From the NCBI GenBank assembly GCA_019828565.1, contig JAHDYR010000030.1, positions 112,484 to 176,483 on the forward strand: a DNA stretch of 64,000 bases, given 5' to 3'. A program made the translations under genes and the position numbers. Source of the DNA: Carpediemonas membranifera BICM. Its lineage: Eukaryota > Protista > Fornicata. The notes under the pieces were generated by a model, which ran no database searches, was not told where the DNA came from, and saw nothing but the letters and a program-made list of their open reading frames with translations. Below, one piece after another: positions 1 through 8,989 of the stretch. Positions within the stretch are counted from its first letter, which is position 1; each line of letters begins with the position of its first letter.

Positions 1-255
1 CGATGGCACAGACGAGGGCTGAAGTGGGTGAGTGGAGGTAGTGTGCCGCGCAGGATAAGAATACTTGAGTGTAAATTCTTCTGGTGTACGACAGGTGGGC
101 CGTCAGACTGAACCTGTTCAGTCCTCTGGAGTTCATCCCAGGGGGGTCGACAGCTTAAGTCACCTTTACATGAATCCTCCACATAAACCCATAAACCTGT
201 AAATACCACAGACGAAAAGCCTTAACCTGCTCGTTTCTGAAAAACTCAACGCAAC

Positions 256-996
256 ATGCCTGGATATCCGCATACGCCTCGCCTGCCAGAAAGGAAGAAG
301 CAGCATCCATTTTTAGTACGCTCCTCTCGTTCATACATCGTCCCGCCTTCTAGCAATCCTTACCACAATCACTTAACCTTAACCTGCGAAAATTGGGGAC
401 ATTTTGGTCACGCGATGAACAATACGACGGCTGCGCGCTTCCAGTCGATGTCTGTGTTCATGACAAAGTTTAAACGGGTGCAACAGAACCTGTTTGCTCT
501 CCAGCAGGAGAATCAGCGGCTCCGTGCAAAGATGAAAGCCACTGTCGCGGAAACTGGGCAATGCCGCAAAGAAGTCCAGGAGAAACAGCGTCTTGAGGCT
601 GAAATGGAGATACACTATGCCCAGGCTCAGAGTACGCAGGACCGGCAGCAGATCCGCGCCCAGGACCTCGAAACCCGTCTGAAGCAGCTGAGAGAGCACC
701 GCAAGGACCTAATCAAGTGCTCACGGCAGCAAAAAGAGCAGTGCGACTCTGCCAAGATGGTCTTGGCCAAGTTCCAACAGCTGTTCACGGAGACGGAAGC
801 TGAGGCAATCAGCACGACCGAGCGGCTCGAGAGCCTGGCAAAGGACAAGATCAGGCTCGAGCGGGCACTCCAGCAGCGCCACACGGATATCACCATGCTG
901 GAGCGCCGTAACGCCTCAGCGAGTGACTCACTGAAACAAATGACGGCACTGCTTGTCGATGGTGCGAGCCGGCCCGAGACCCGGACCAGTGGATGA
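256..996 (+). CDS. Coiled-coil hypothetical protein (true start may be ATG 415)
   Basis: 246-aa ORF with Q/E/K/R-rich heptad pattern from about aa 70 onward. Confidence 0.7.
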   Translation: MPGYPHTPRLPERKKQHPFLVRSSRSYIVPPSSNPYHNHLTLTCENWGHFGHAMNNTTAARFQSMSVFMTKFKRVQQNLFALQQENQRLRAKMKATVAETGQCRKEVQEKQRLEAEMEIHYAQAQSTQDRQQIRAQDLETRLKQLREHRKDLIKCSRQQKEQCDSAKMVLAKFQQLFTETEAEAISTTERLESLAKDKIRLERALQQRHTDITMLERRNASASDSLKQMTALLVDGASRPETRTSG

Positions 997-1904
997 CGGT
1001 ACGCCGGGCACTAGCGGAGTTTTTAAACACGCCGGCATGCACGGCAGACCAAGATCATATCTCAATATTGAGGATTGGAAATGATGGCGTCGACTCGGCG
1101 AGTCGTCTTCTCACCAAGCTCGACGCCACTTCGGCGGCACACGCATTCTACAAGCAAGCACACAAGCGAATGGAATTAGTACCTCATGGTATGCCTCAGC
1201 TTATTTCTCCTTTCTCTCCAACTACTTCCAGCCAGGAGGACGGGGACCAATCGTTCATAACACCTGGCAGGGCACGTTCATCCTCCATCAGCGCCACCAT
1301 TGATATTATCCCACAGCTGCAATTACATGACGAAGCTGCTTCTCCCGCTACCTCGAATGACCCGGCCAACTCCATCCCGTGCCCGTGCTACGCCACGACA
1401 CTCGCCCCCACGGTCATGTCTAGCACCCCGAAGCAGGCCTTCGTCATGCCTACACTGCCCCCGCCCGAAATCCAGCACACCCAGGCGCTGGACGCCGAGC
1501 GGCAACTGGCCCAGAAGAAGCTGACGTCGTCGCACAAGCTCATGACGAAGGCGGAGTTCCAGCGGACGCAAGAGGCACAGTACAAGCCAAGCGCCAGGAA
1601 CAGAGGGAAACCTGGTCGCCGTCGTCTAATCTGGACACCCGAGCTCCATGAGAGGTTTGTCGACAGTCTGGGGCAGCTGGGGATCAGGAGCGCAGTGCCC
1701 AAGAGCATACTGCAGCTGCTGAACGTCGAGGGCATCACCCGCGAGAGCATTGCCAGTCGGCTCCAGAAGACACGTCAGTACGTGCGATCCGCCAACAATC
1801 TGCCGGACGGCGTGGCTCTCGAGAACTACCATCTGACTCCGACGCTTCTAGAGCAGGTTCGCAAGGCTGATTTTGGCGCCAAGGCCAGGGCCGGTGTCTT
1901 TTAA
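993..1904 (+). CDS. GARP (G2-like/ARR-B type) Myb-like DNA-binding transcription factor; start probably ATG 1169 or 1191
   Basis: C-terminal RLIWTPELHERFVDSLGQLG..AVPKSILQLLNVEGITRESIASRLQK matches the GARP B-motif (RLxWTxELHxxFVxAVxxLG..AxPKxILxLMxVxGLTxxxVxSHLQKYR). Confidence 0.85.
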   Translation: MTVRRALAEFLNTPACTADQDHISILRIGNDGVDSASRLLTKLDATSAAHAFYKQAHKRMELVPHGMPQLISPFSPTTSSQEDGDQSFITPGRARSSSISATIDIIPQLQLHDEAASPATSNDPANSIPCPCYATTLAPTVMSSTPKQAFVMPTLPPPEIQHTQALDAERQLAQKKLTSSHKLMTKAEFQRTQEAQYKPSARNRGKPGRRRLIWTPELHERFVDSLGQLGIRSAVPKSILQLLNVEGITRESIASRLQKTRQYVRSANNLPDGVALENYHLTPTLLEQVRKADFGAKARAGVF

Positions 1905-2055
1905 TCCGCCATGCCAATCTCCGTTTCAACTTATCGTAAATTATCTACACGATGCTGGGTTGATAATGCCACTGATCTTGCACTCAACCTGCAGTGCGAG
2001 CTCAGCAAACGCTGTGTCAAAGGTGCGCGTCCAGAAGTGTGTTTCAAGAAGAAGG

Positions 2056-3288
2056 ATGGACATTGCCCATGGATCCGCAAACGAGGATGTAGGTCCTTCC
2101 AATCTCGTTGAATGGGCCATATGGGAAGAGCAGAGGCTTATGCGCGACGTATTCAACATGAAAGGGTCCGATATCAGCGATGTTCCGCCTTCTTCGTCGG
2201 GAGAGGAGAACTCAGCATTGGAAGAAGCAGCAAATGAAGGTAGCGACTCTTCTCCCTCTTGCAGCGGTGAGAATTCGCCGCCTGAAATGACTGAGGCATC
2301 CATTCCAACGATGGAGGCCAAGGAGCCCGTTGCCCCGGCCCCAGAAGAAGACAACGACGCATCGTACTGCCATTCGGGCTGCCCATCTCCTGTGGAGATC
2401 ACAATTGGGATGAACGCCGTCTTTACTTCCATCGACGAGCCAACCACGCCTGTCAAACCTTCCGAGCCAACGGACGAACCCGCAGACAGCCCTCGGCCTG
2501 ATGCAATAGGGACTGTGGAGGCAGAGGTCCAGGCAGACGAGACGACGTCCCCTCTGAAGCTCGGGTCCGGTGCCCCCGCAATTGACCCATCGGACATCCA
2601 GAAGCGGCTCGAGCAGGCCCGGCTTAGCGGCTGCTGCCCGCCGTCACAGTCGCAGATAGACCGTGTGAGTGCGTCTATCGCCATGCTAAAGTCGACTCTT
2701 GCAGCCGTCACTGGCGACGACACGGACGAACTCATCGACTCCATGAAGGCAGACTCGATGAAGATGGTGGAGGACCTTAGTGCAACCCACCGCCGCATGC
2801 AGGACACCCTCCACGAGTACGACTTGAACACAGTGCCCTCGCCCGCCGCTCATAACCCCCGTGGGTCTCCTGAGTCGGAGAAGGCCGTGTTCTCGCCCAA
2901 CCGGATGCGGGAGGACCTGCTGCCAGACACCCCGACACCCCACTGCCCTGAGGCTGAGCAGTACTCACCTGACATGCCGGAGTCGACCTTCGATAACCCA
3001 GGCAATGACGCGCCTGTCACACCTACCTTGGTCGGGGACGAGGACCCACTCTCGCTGTCCGACGCCGAGGACGAGCACACCAACCGGGAGCTCGGCGGCG
3101 GTCCTGCTCGCCCTAACCGCATCACCTCTGAGTATCTCCACCGCAGCAGGGCGATGCTGGCATCCGCGGGACAGGGTAGCGTCGACCCCTTGCCTGTACT
3201 GAGAGCGGGGGATGAGATGCGGCGGGAATATGCCCGGCTGACACGGTCTCCCGTTCCCGGATCCGGGAGGTCCCGCCCCCAAATGTAA
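2056..3288 (+). CDS. Acidic/Pro-Ser-rich low-complexity hypothetical protein
   Basis: Long ORF (1873..3288 in the track; ATG 2056 taken as likely start), followed by ATAAA. Confidence 0.65.
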   Translation: MDIAHGSANEDVGPSNLVEWAIWEEQRLMRDVFNMKGSDISDVPPSSSGEENSALEEAANEGSDSSPSCSGENSPPEMTEASIPTMEAKEPVAPAPEEDNDASYCHSGCPSPVEITIGMNAVFTSIDEPTTPVKPSEPTDEPADSPRPDAIGTVEAEVQADETTSPLKLGSGAPAIDPSDIQKRLEQARLSGCCPPSQSQIDRVSASIAMLKSTLAAVTGDDTDELIDSMKADSMKMVEDLSATHRRMQDTLHEYDLNTVPSPAAHNPRGSPESEKAVFSPNRMREDLLPDTPTPHCPEAEQYSPDMPESTFDNPGNDAPVTPTLVGDEDPLSLSDAEDEHTNRELGGGPARPNRITSEYLHRSRAMLASAGQGSVDPLPVLRAGDEMRREYARLTRSPVPGSGRSRPQM

Positions 3289-3433
3289 GATAAATGTATG
3301 ACTGTTGCCGTCATTCATGTGCTGTGACCTCCATGGCCATGCTGATCGCCAGTGGAGGGTGCTAATCATGCCAGCTTTTTTCTTGCATGCAAGAAAAAAG
3401 GTAGCGCAGAAGGTATAGCAAGCATCTCACTCG

Positions 3434-3620
3434 ATGGGCTCCAACAAGACGCTCCAGCTGAAGCTTCGCCACGCTTCCCTCCGTAAGATGAACCGCCCCG
3501 TTCCTCACTGGTTTGTTCGCCGTTATCACGCAATTATTCAGGTACCGCATCAAGACCCACAACGCCATCCGTTGGAACAACAAGCGCCGCCACTGGAAGC
3601 GCTCCAAGATCGGCCTGTAA
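3434..3620 (+). CDS. RPL39: 60S ribosomal protein L39 (eL39), two exons 3434-3510 and 3542-3620
   Basis: Removing the 31-nt intron 3511-3541 (GTTTGT...TTCAG) gives MGSNKTLQLKLRHASLRKMNRPVPHWYRIKTHNAIRWNNKRRHWKRSKIGL*, 51 aa, the typical eL39 length and motifs; AATAAA follows the stop. Confidence 0.95.
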
Positions 3621-3951
3621 GCTTTGTGCATGAATAAACCTTTTCGGCCCCTTCTGCGGGCGAGAAATCCATCGCCATCAGTCTTCTTTTCAACTCCACC
3701 ACCGAAAGTGTTTAAGGAGACATGTTCAGGGCTAAGGCACATCAGCAACGCTGCGTATGCAGCTGGTTGACATGCAGAACCTCATTCTCTGCAGACCGCC
3801 CCAGACCATCCAACTCAGGATAGGCTCCAAATAACGGACAACCAGTGGGTGTGACAGCCAGCTGTGGTGGTCTGTAGATCTGCTGAGCCTCACTAGTGGC
3901 CCCCGACTCTCTGGCTGAAGTCGGATTGACAGTCTACATCGCCTCCGAGAA

Positions 3952-5586
3952 ATGACAGTAGTGAGCGTCATAGCGTATGATGGCACTGTCGAGAAGATCA
4001 CCGTGGACTCAAATGACAGCGTAGGAGCTGTGAAGGAACAGTTCGCGATGATCCGAGGCATATCCAGTCCGGGCATCCTCTTCCTCCTGGATGAGCGGAC
4101 AAACGAGCTTATGGAGGACATCAGGCCGCTCAGCGACTTCATGCAGGCGACCGAGGATGCCACGGTCTTTGCCTATGACCGCACCGTGCTCTACCCGGAC
4201 GCCCCCGTCCCCGTACTCACCATCCCCGTCTACACCGCAGAGACAGCGCCCTCCATGCCCCCAGAAACTGAGGTGCCCGCCTCCATGGACGACGAGCTCA
4301 CCCGCGCGCTGTCTGTGATTGTCAGCTTCGACCAGTCCTTGCGGCAGACGCTCGTGGTCGTACGGGCCTTCAGGGCCGGGCTGGACGCCGCGTATAGGAC
4401 AGTGTCCGGTGCACTAGACCGGCTGAACAACCAGAGCGCGGCAATCGAGTGTGCCCGGGCCAACATGGAGCTCTACCAGCGGGCCCTGACGAGGGCTGCC
4501 GAGAACTTCACAGCATCCTTCACCGCGCAGAGGCAGCGGCACGAGGCGATCCTAGCTAACCACGGTGCAGCCATTGAACGGCTCCGGGCCACCCCACTCG
4601 ACCCGGCCCACCAGGCGGGGGAGAGAGAGACCCTGGCTGACCTGGTCGACTTAACCCGAGTCGAGACATGGGAGAAGGAGTGCAGAGTGAAGCAGCAGAG
4701 GCTCACTGAGCGCGTGGAGGCGTTCAGCGCGTCCTTTACTAGCCGCAAGACCCGAGCCCTCGAGCGTCTCGCCCCCTGGCGGCCGGTGTCGACGGCCTCC
4801 CTCACCGACCAGGCACGTATTCTCGAGGGAAGCGTCCGAGCCCTTGACGACGTCTCAACAGGCATCGAGGCTGAGATCGAGCAGCTCCAGCATCTGGTGC
4901 AGGAGCAAACCAGCCCTGAGGCCTTGTTCGAGGCCACACCAGCACTGTCCAGCGCAGTTCGGAAGTGGAAGGACGCGTTACAAAGGCAGTGGTCGATCTG
5001 GGGCCAGGACCAGACGGCCTCGGCCTCTGTGACGTCTAGCGATGTCGCACACGTTGAGATTGGGCGAGAGACTGTGGAAGAGAGCAGGGCAGCTGTGGGG
5101 ACTCAGATGAAGCAGGCGATGGCTGCGTTGAAAGACATATCCGTGCGGCAAACTGAGGTGTCTTCCCTGCAACGCACAGTCACTGCGTTTGCCAACATCA
5201 CACGGAAGTACGGAGATGCGTTCGAACCTCTGGCCGCCCTGGAGACCCTGCCCGAGGCATATCCCCGCCTGCTGACCGAGAACAGACGCCGGGACAGCTG
5301 GAACCGGAGCTACATGGCCCTGCTTGACACAGCCGGTCGACTGGTCGCCGCGGTTCACAGTGCCGAGCAGCACCGCCGCGACGCCTTCCAGGAAGAGTTG
5401 ACCGGCCCCGTCCAGGCCCTGCTCGGCAAGCTGGCCCCCTCTCTGACCGAGTCCCTCCCGCTGCCACAGGTGGGGATTGCTCCCCTGCCGTCCAACGGTA
5501 CAGTGGGGGCTCCGACCGGACCCGACCCTGTTGTTGCTGACCTCGTGGCGGCACTGGAGTCGCTCATCGGCAGGATCAGTCGGTAA
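3952..5586 (+). CDS. Atg11/FIP200 (Atg17-like domain) autophagy scaffold-like protein
   Basis: N-terminal ubiquitin-like region (..VFAYDR), helical body and LPEAYPRLLTENRRRDSW...EQHRRDAF resembling the Atg11/Atg17 LPxAYxxxLxExxRRxxW...ExxRRxxF motif. Confidence 0.65.
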   Translation: MTVVSVIAYDGTVEKITVDSNDSVGAVKEQFAMIRGISSPGILFLLDERTNELMEDIRPLSDFMQATEDATVFAYDRTVLYPDAPVPVLTIPVYTAETAPSMPPETEVPASMDDELTRALSVIVSFDQSLRQTLVVVRAFRAGLDAAYRTVSGALDRLNNQSAAIECARANMELYQRALTRAAENFTASFTAQRQRHEAILANHGAAIERLRATPLDPAHQAGERETLADLVDLTRVETWEKECRVKQQRLTERVEAFSASFTSRKTRALERLAPWRPVSTASLTDQARILEGSVRALDDVSTGIEAEIEQLQHLVQEQTSPEALFEATPALSSAVRKWKDALQRQWSIWGQDQTASASVTSSDVAHVEIGRETVEESRAAVGTQMKQAMAALKDISVRQTEVSSLQRTVTAFANITRKYGDAFEPLAALETLPEAYPRLLTENRRRDSWNRSYMALLDTAGRLVAAVHSAEQHRRDAFQEELTGPVQALLGKLAPSLTESLPLPQVGIAPLPSNGTVGAPTGPDPVVADLVAALESLIGRISR

Positions 5587-6218
5587 GGCCCGAGGGACAC
5601 CCTGGGCAGTGTCCTGGCGTGTGTACATAAAGCATCATTACTGTAATCAGATTGGTGGTTTGATCGGTAGAGATGATCAAGAAGGCTGTTCTCAGCATTG
5701 AAGGGAGCGAGGATATTCAAATCGTGTCGACCATAGTTGGTACTTCAATTCTACTGAACATATCACAGACTGGTCGTTTTGGCAGCATCGTTTGTCCGTT
5801 TCACCAAATTTACTCAGTACTCTGTCAAAACACCACCAATGGGCGGTCCTGCCACCATTAGGCGTCTATTAGGCATAGAAAGCATCCCTCTCGAAGTTGC
5901 TGTCGATCGTATCCGCCGTGTCGTGGGGCCAAGCCCTCTCTTGCTGACACTCGCCGTCCCATCGCTTGAGACGCCGGGACCAGCTGCTGTTGCACTACTG
6001 GAGAGCATTCAAGCTGAGCTTAGGACCCTCCTCAATGCTTGAGGGCGAGTGAATGTCGTCGTTTTCATCGAAGTTTTAAATCCTGCGTCAGGACGACAGT
6101 AAAAGGACATATTTCGGGTCTAGCCCTCCATAAGATGTACTACCGCGACCCGCGCCCATTGCACGCGTCCTAGATGCTGTCAGACCGCGGTGCATTTTAG
6201 CCCAAAAATCTCACAGCG

Positions 6219-7928
6219 ATGATTAACAGTGCGTCCTTCGTGGAGCGGCAGCAGCTGTGGTACGATCTTGTAACGAAAAAGAAAGAACTTGCCCGGGAAA
6301 AGTTGGCGAAAGAGCAGGAGGAAGAGGAGATGCGATCGCTGCGTCCAAAACCTGAGATCTCCAAGATGGCTCAGCAAATGGAGAGGGCGACAACCAATGT
6401 CGTGGAGTTTCAGCGTGAATGGGCCGAGCAGCAGAAACGGAAGCTTGAGGCTAAGCGTACACAGATCGAGGCCGAGGAGATGGAGAATGTTACCTTTTCC
6501 CCAGCCATCAACCCACGGTCAGAGCGCCTCGCCCGCAGACGCAGCCGCCCAACCCACACGAACATTGAAACCACCCTGTTCGAGGAAGCGTTAGCGGAGC
6601 AGCGTACTCCCAAAGTTGAGTCGACCCCAACAGCAAGAACAAGTCAACCAAGCCCCCCAGCCGCTCGGGGAGAGGCGGTACACGAGCGGCTGTACCGTAT
6701 GCACGAGACTATCCAGCAGTCGCACGAGCATGCCCGTCAGCAGCGGGAGGTTGAGTCCGCTGGCGGTGGAACTCCCAGCACAAACACTGGGTTCCTCCGG
6801 ATACGAACTATGCCGATAGAGGACGACCTGCTGCTGCGGGACATGGAGGCTAGGAGTATCAGGGATCAGCGGGCTAGGGCTGCAGAGGAAATGGCGAGGA
6901 GGGCACACCAACCGGCGATTAATCAGAACAGCGAACGCATGGCAATGGAGAAACGGGCACTTGACCTGGAGCTGCTGAAGATGTACGGGCCGAACGCCGA
7001 GTTCGAGAGCATAAGAGAGCGGTACGTCCCCGAGCAGCCCTCGTTCACTCCCAAGATCAATAGGAGCAGCAGGGACATGGAGAAGGCCCGCTTCACGTCC
7101 ACCGAGGAGCACATTGAGTGGCTACACATGTCTCGGGAGCTGGCAGGGCCCCAAGAGCACGTGCCCACGGCATCCGAGCTCGAGGACTTGGCGGAGTCGA
7201 CGTTTAAGCCGAAGATCACCACCCCGCCCGTGGAGCTCCCTGAGGGAGACGTGGTCGACCGGCTGTACGGCTGGAAACAGATACGGGATGCCAGGATAGC
7301 CGCGATAGCCGCGGCTAAGGCTGAGGCCGAGGCTGACCCTGGGTATTCCTTCACCCCCACCGTGAACAGAGACCCCCCGCCCCGGCCCCTGTCTGAGGGC
7401 GTCGCCGTGGGTGGCCTCGACCGGTTCCTCCAGCGCCAGGCTAAGGCAAGGGAGCTGCGTGCCGAGAGAGAGCAGGCTCTCGCCCCACGGACCCCTGTAG
7501 GGAGGGGGAAGGTTACTAAGCCAAGGGAGTTCTCGTTCAGCAACAAGCCGGGCAAGATCGCGGCGCTCGACCAACCTGTCTCCCGCCGTTGGACCAGGGG
7601 CAGGCGTGGGAAAGCGGGGCGGGGCAGTGCTGGACCTAGCGCGACGAATACACCGTCTGTCACAGCAACGAGCTCGGCAGTCAGCTCGGAGGCCCCGACG
7701 GAACAAGGGTCGCCCCAGCCGACTGTGCCCCGGCTGGATGTGGCCTCGCCCTCCTCTGAGGGCCCCCTGTCACCTGAGGTGATCACCGACTACAGTCTTA
7801 TTCTGTCAATGGTGGCTCCCAGTACAACATCGGCGACACCTGACTATCAGACGAGACGGGTCGACCGGGATGCCGTGGTATCCGGGCTGAGGCGGCGGAA
7901 AGAGGGGGACAAGCCCTGGAGAGAGTAG
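6219..7928 (+). CDS. Hypothetical protein with repeated (T/S)FxPx(I/V)(N/T) motifs, probably microtubule/cytoskeleton associated
   Basis: 569-aa ORF with TFSPAIN, SFTPKIN, TFKPKIT, SFTPTVN motifs and VHERLY/VVDRLY segments; AGTAAA at 7949. Confidence 0.7.
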   Translation: MINSASFVERQQLWYDLVTKKKELAREKLAKEQEEEEMRSLRPKPEISKMAQQMERATTNVVEFQREWAEQQKRKLEAKRTQIEAEEMENVTFSPAINPRSERLARRRSRPTHTNIETTLFEEALAEQRTPKVESTPTARTSQPSPPAARGEAVHERLYRMHETIQQSHEHARQQREVESAGGGTPSTNTGFLRIRTMPIEDDLLLRDMEARSIRDQRARAAEEMARRAHQPAINQNSERMAMEKRALDLELLKMYGPNAEFESIRERYVPEQPSFTPKINRSSRDMEKARFTSTEEHIEWLHMSRELAGPQEHVPTASELEDLAESTFKPKITTPPVELPEGDVVDRLYGWKQIRDARIAAIAAAKAEAEADPGYSFTPTVNRDPPPRPLSEGVAVGGLDRFLQRQAKARELRAEREQALAPRTPVGRGKVTKPREFSFSNKPGKIAALDQPVSRRWTRGRRGKAGRGSAGPSATNTPSVTATSSAVSSEAPTEQGSPQPTVPRLDVASPSSEGPLSPEVITDYSLILSMVAPSTTSATPDYQTRRVDRDAVVSGLRRRKEGDKPWRE

Positions 7929-8031
7929 GCGCGGTAGTGTACCATAGTAGTAAAGGCCTCGCGGCGATGGGCTAAAGTGCGTGACATGATGCGGTGACAC
8001 GTGGAACAGGATATCTGCTTGGATTGGGGAA

Positions 8032-8615
8032 TGATGAGGAATACTATGTCTGTACCGCAATCCGAGAAGAATTTTCCCCGTTTGAGCACGAAACAAAAGG
8101 TTCGGGGCTCAAAGGAGCGTCGTGTAATTGCAAAGCTACGGTGGGCCGCTGTTCTTGCAATAATTGCCATCTCTGTGCTTATTGCGTACACACATACCGG
8201 TTCCTCGTCCCCATCCACCCCCAGCTTCCCCACCGTGCACCTCGGGGACAAGCAGCTTTCCATCGAACTCGCGCTGACCCTCTCTGAGCAAGCTCGGGGT
8301 CTCACTGGCCGGGGCGGGATTCCAGACGGCCACGGCCTCGTGTTCGTCCATAGAAGTCCGCGACGGCTGTCCTACTGGATGAATGGTGTCGACTTCCCCC
8401 TCGACATTGGGTTCTTTACGGCAGATGGCGTTCTGAGGGAGCTTTATCCCCTCGATGCCCAGGACAGAAACATCACTGTGTCAACCCGCGATGACCTGTT
8501 GATAGCGGTGGAGGTAAGGCGTGGGTGGTTCGAGGATAATAACGTAGGAGTCGGAACTAAGCTGGAGATGGCGGTGCTCAAGGAGGCTATAGAGGGGAGG
8601 ATGGGTTTGCAGTGA
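8032..8615 (+). CDS. DUF192 family protein with N-terminal membrane anchor
   Basis: ELALTLSEQARGL, GLVFV, YWMNGVDFPLDIGFF, AVEVRRGWF..VG motifs of DUF192; hydrophobic segment LRWAAVLAIIAISVLIAY. Confidence 0.85.
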
Positions 8616-8989
8616 ACTGAGGGGTGTTTATGTATGCTTGGCTGAGGTCGACATAAATAAGTCAAGGCGGGCAGTGTCCATCTGGTAGCAAGGTCAGATG
8701 GTTTTATGAGGCGAGTTAGTCAGCTGGGCACTAACATTCATCCGCTTGATTCATGTGATAACCACCCCACTGATATGTGCAGGTCCCACGGGGTCGCCTC
8801 AGTGCTTCACTGGTATCGAGCACGGTCTGCACTTGATCTGTCTGCTTCTACATTCGTCGACCCGTGTGCCAACAGTCATACCAACAACACCATCGTGCTC
8901 ATCATCATCAGGAAAACATCGCCTAAGTCAACCCGGGCCACCTCAGACCGATGACATGATAACAACGTTGGTTTACTCTCCGATCAGTC

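Noticed and set aside
106-123. Perfect 8-bp inverted repeat gactgaac-ct-gttcagtc (similar small hairpin at 41778-41793)
   Set aside because: Short palindromes are expected by chance; no surrounding tRNA/snRNA signature recognised
5779-6042. Short ORF in the 5587-6218 intergenic gap
   Set aside because: No recognisable motif and weak codon bias; cannot be supported
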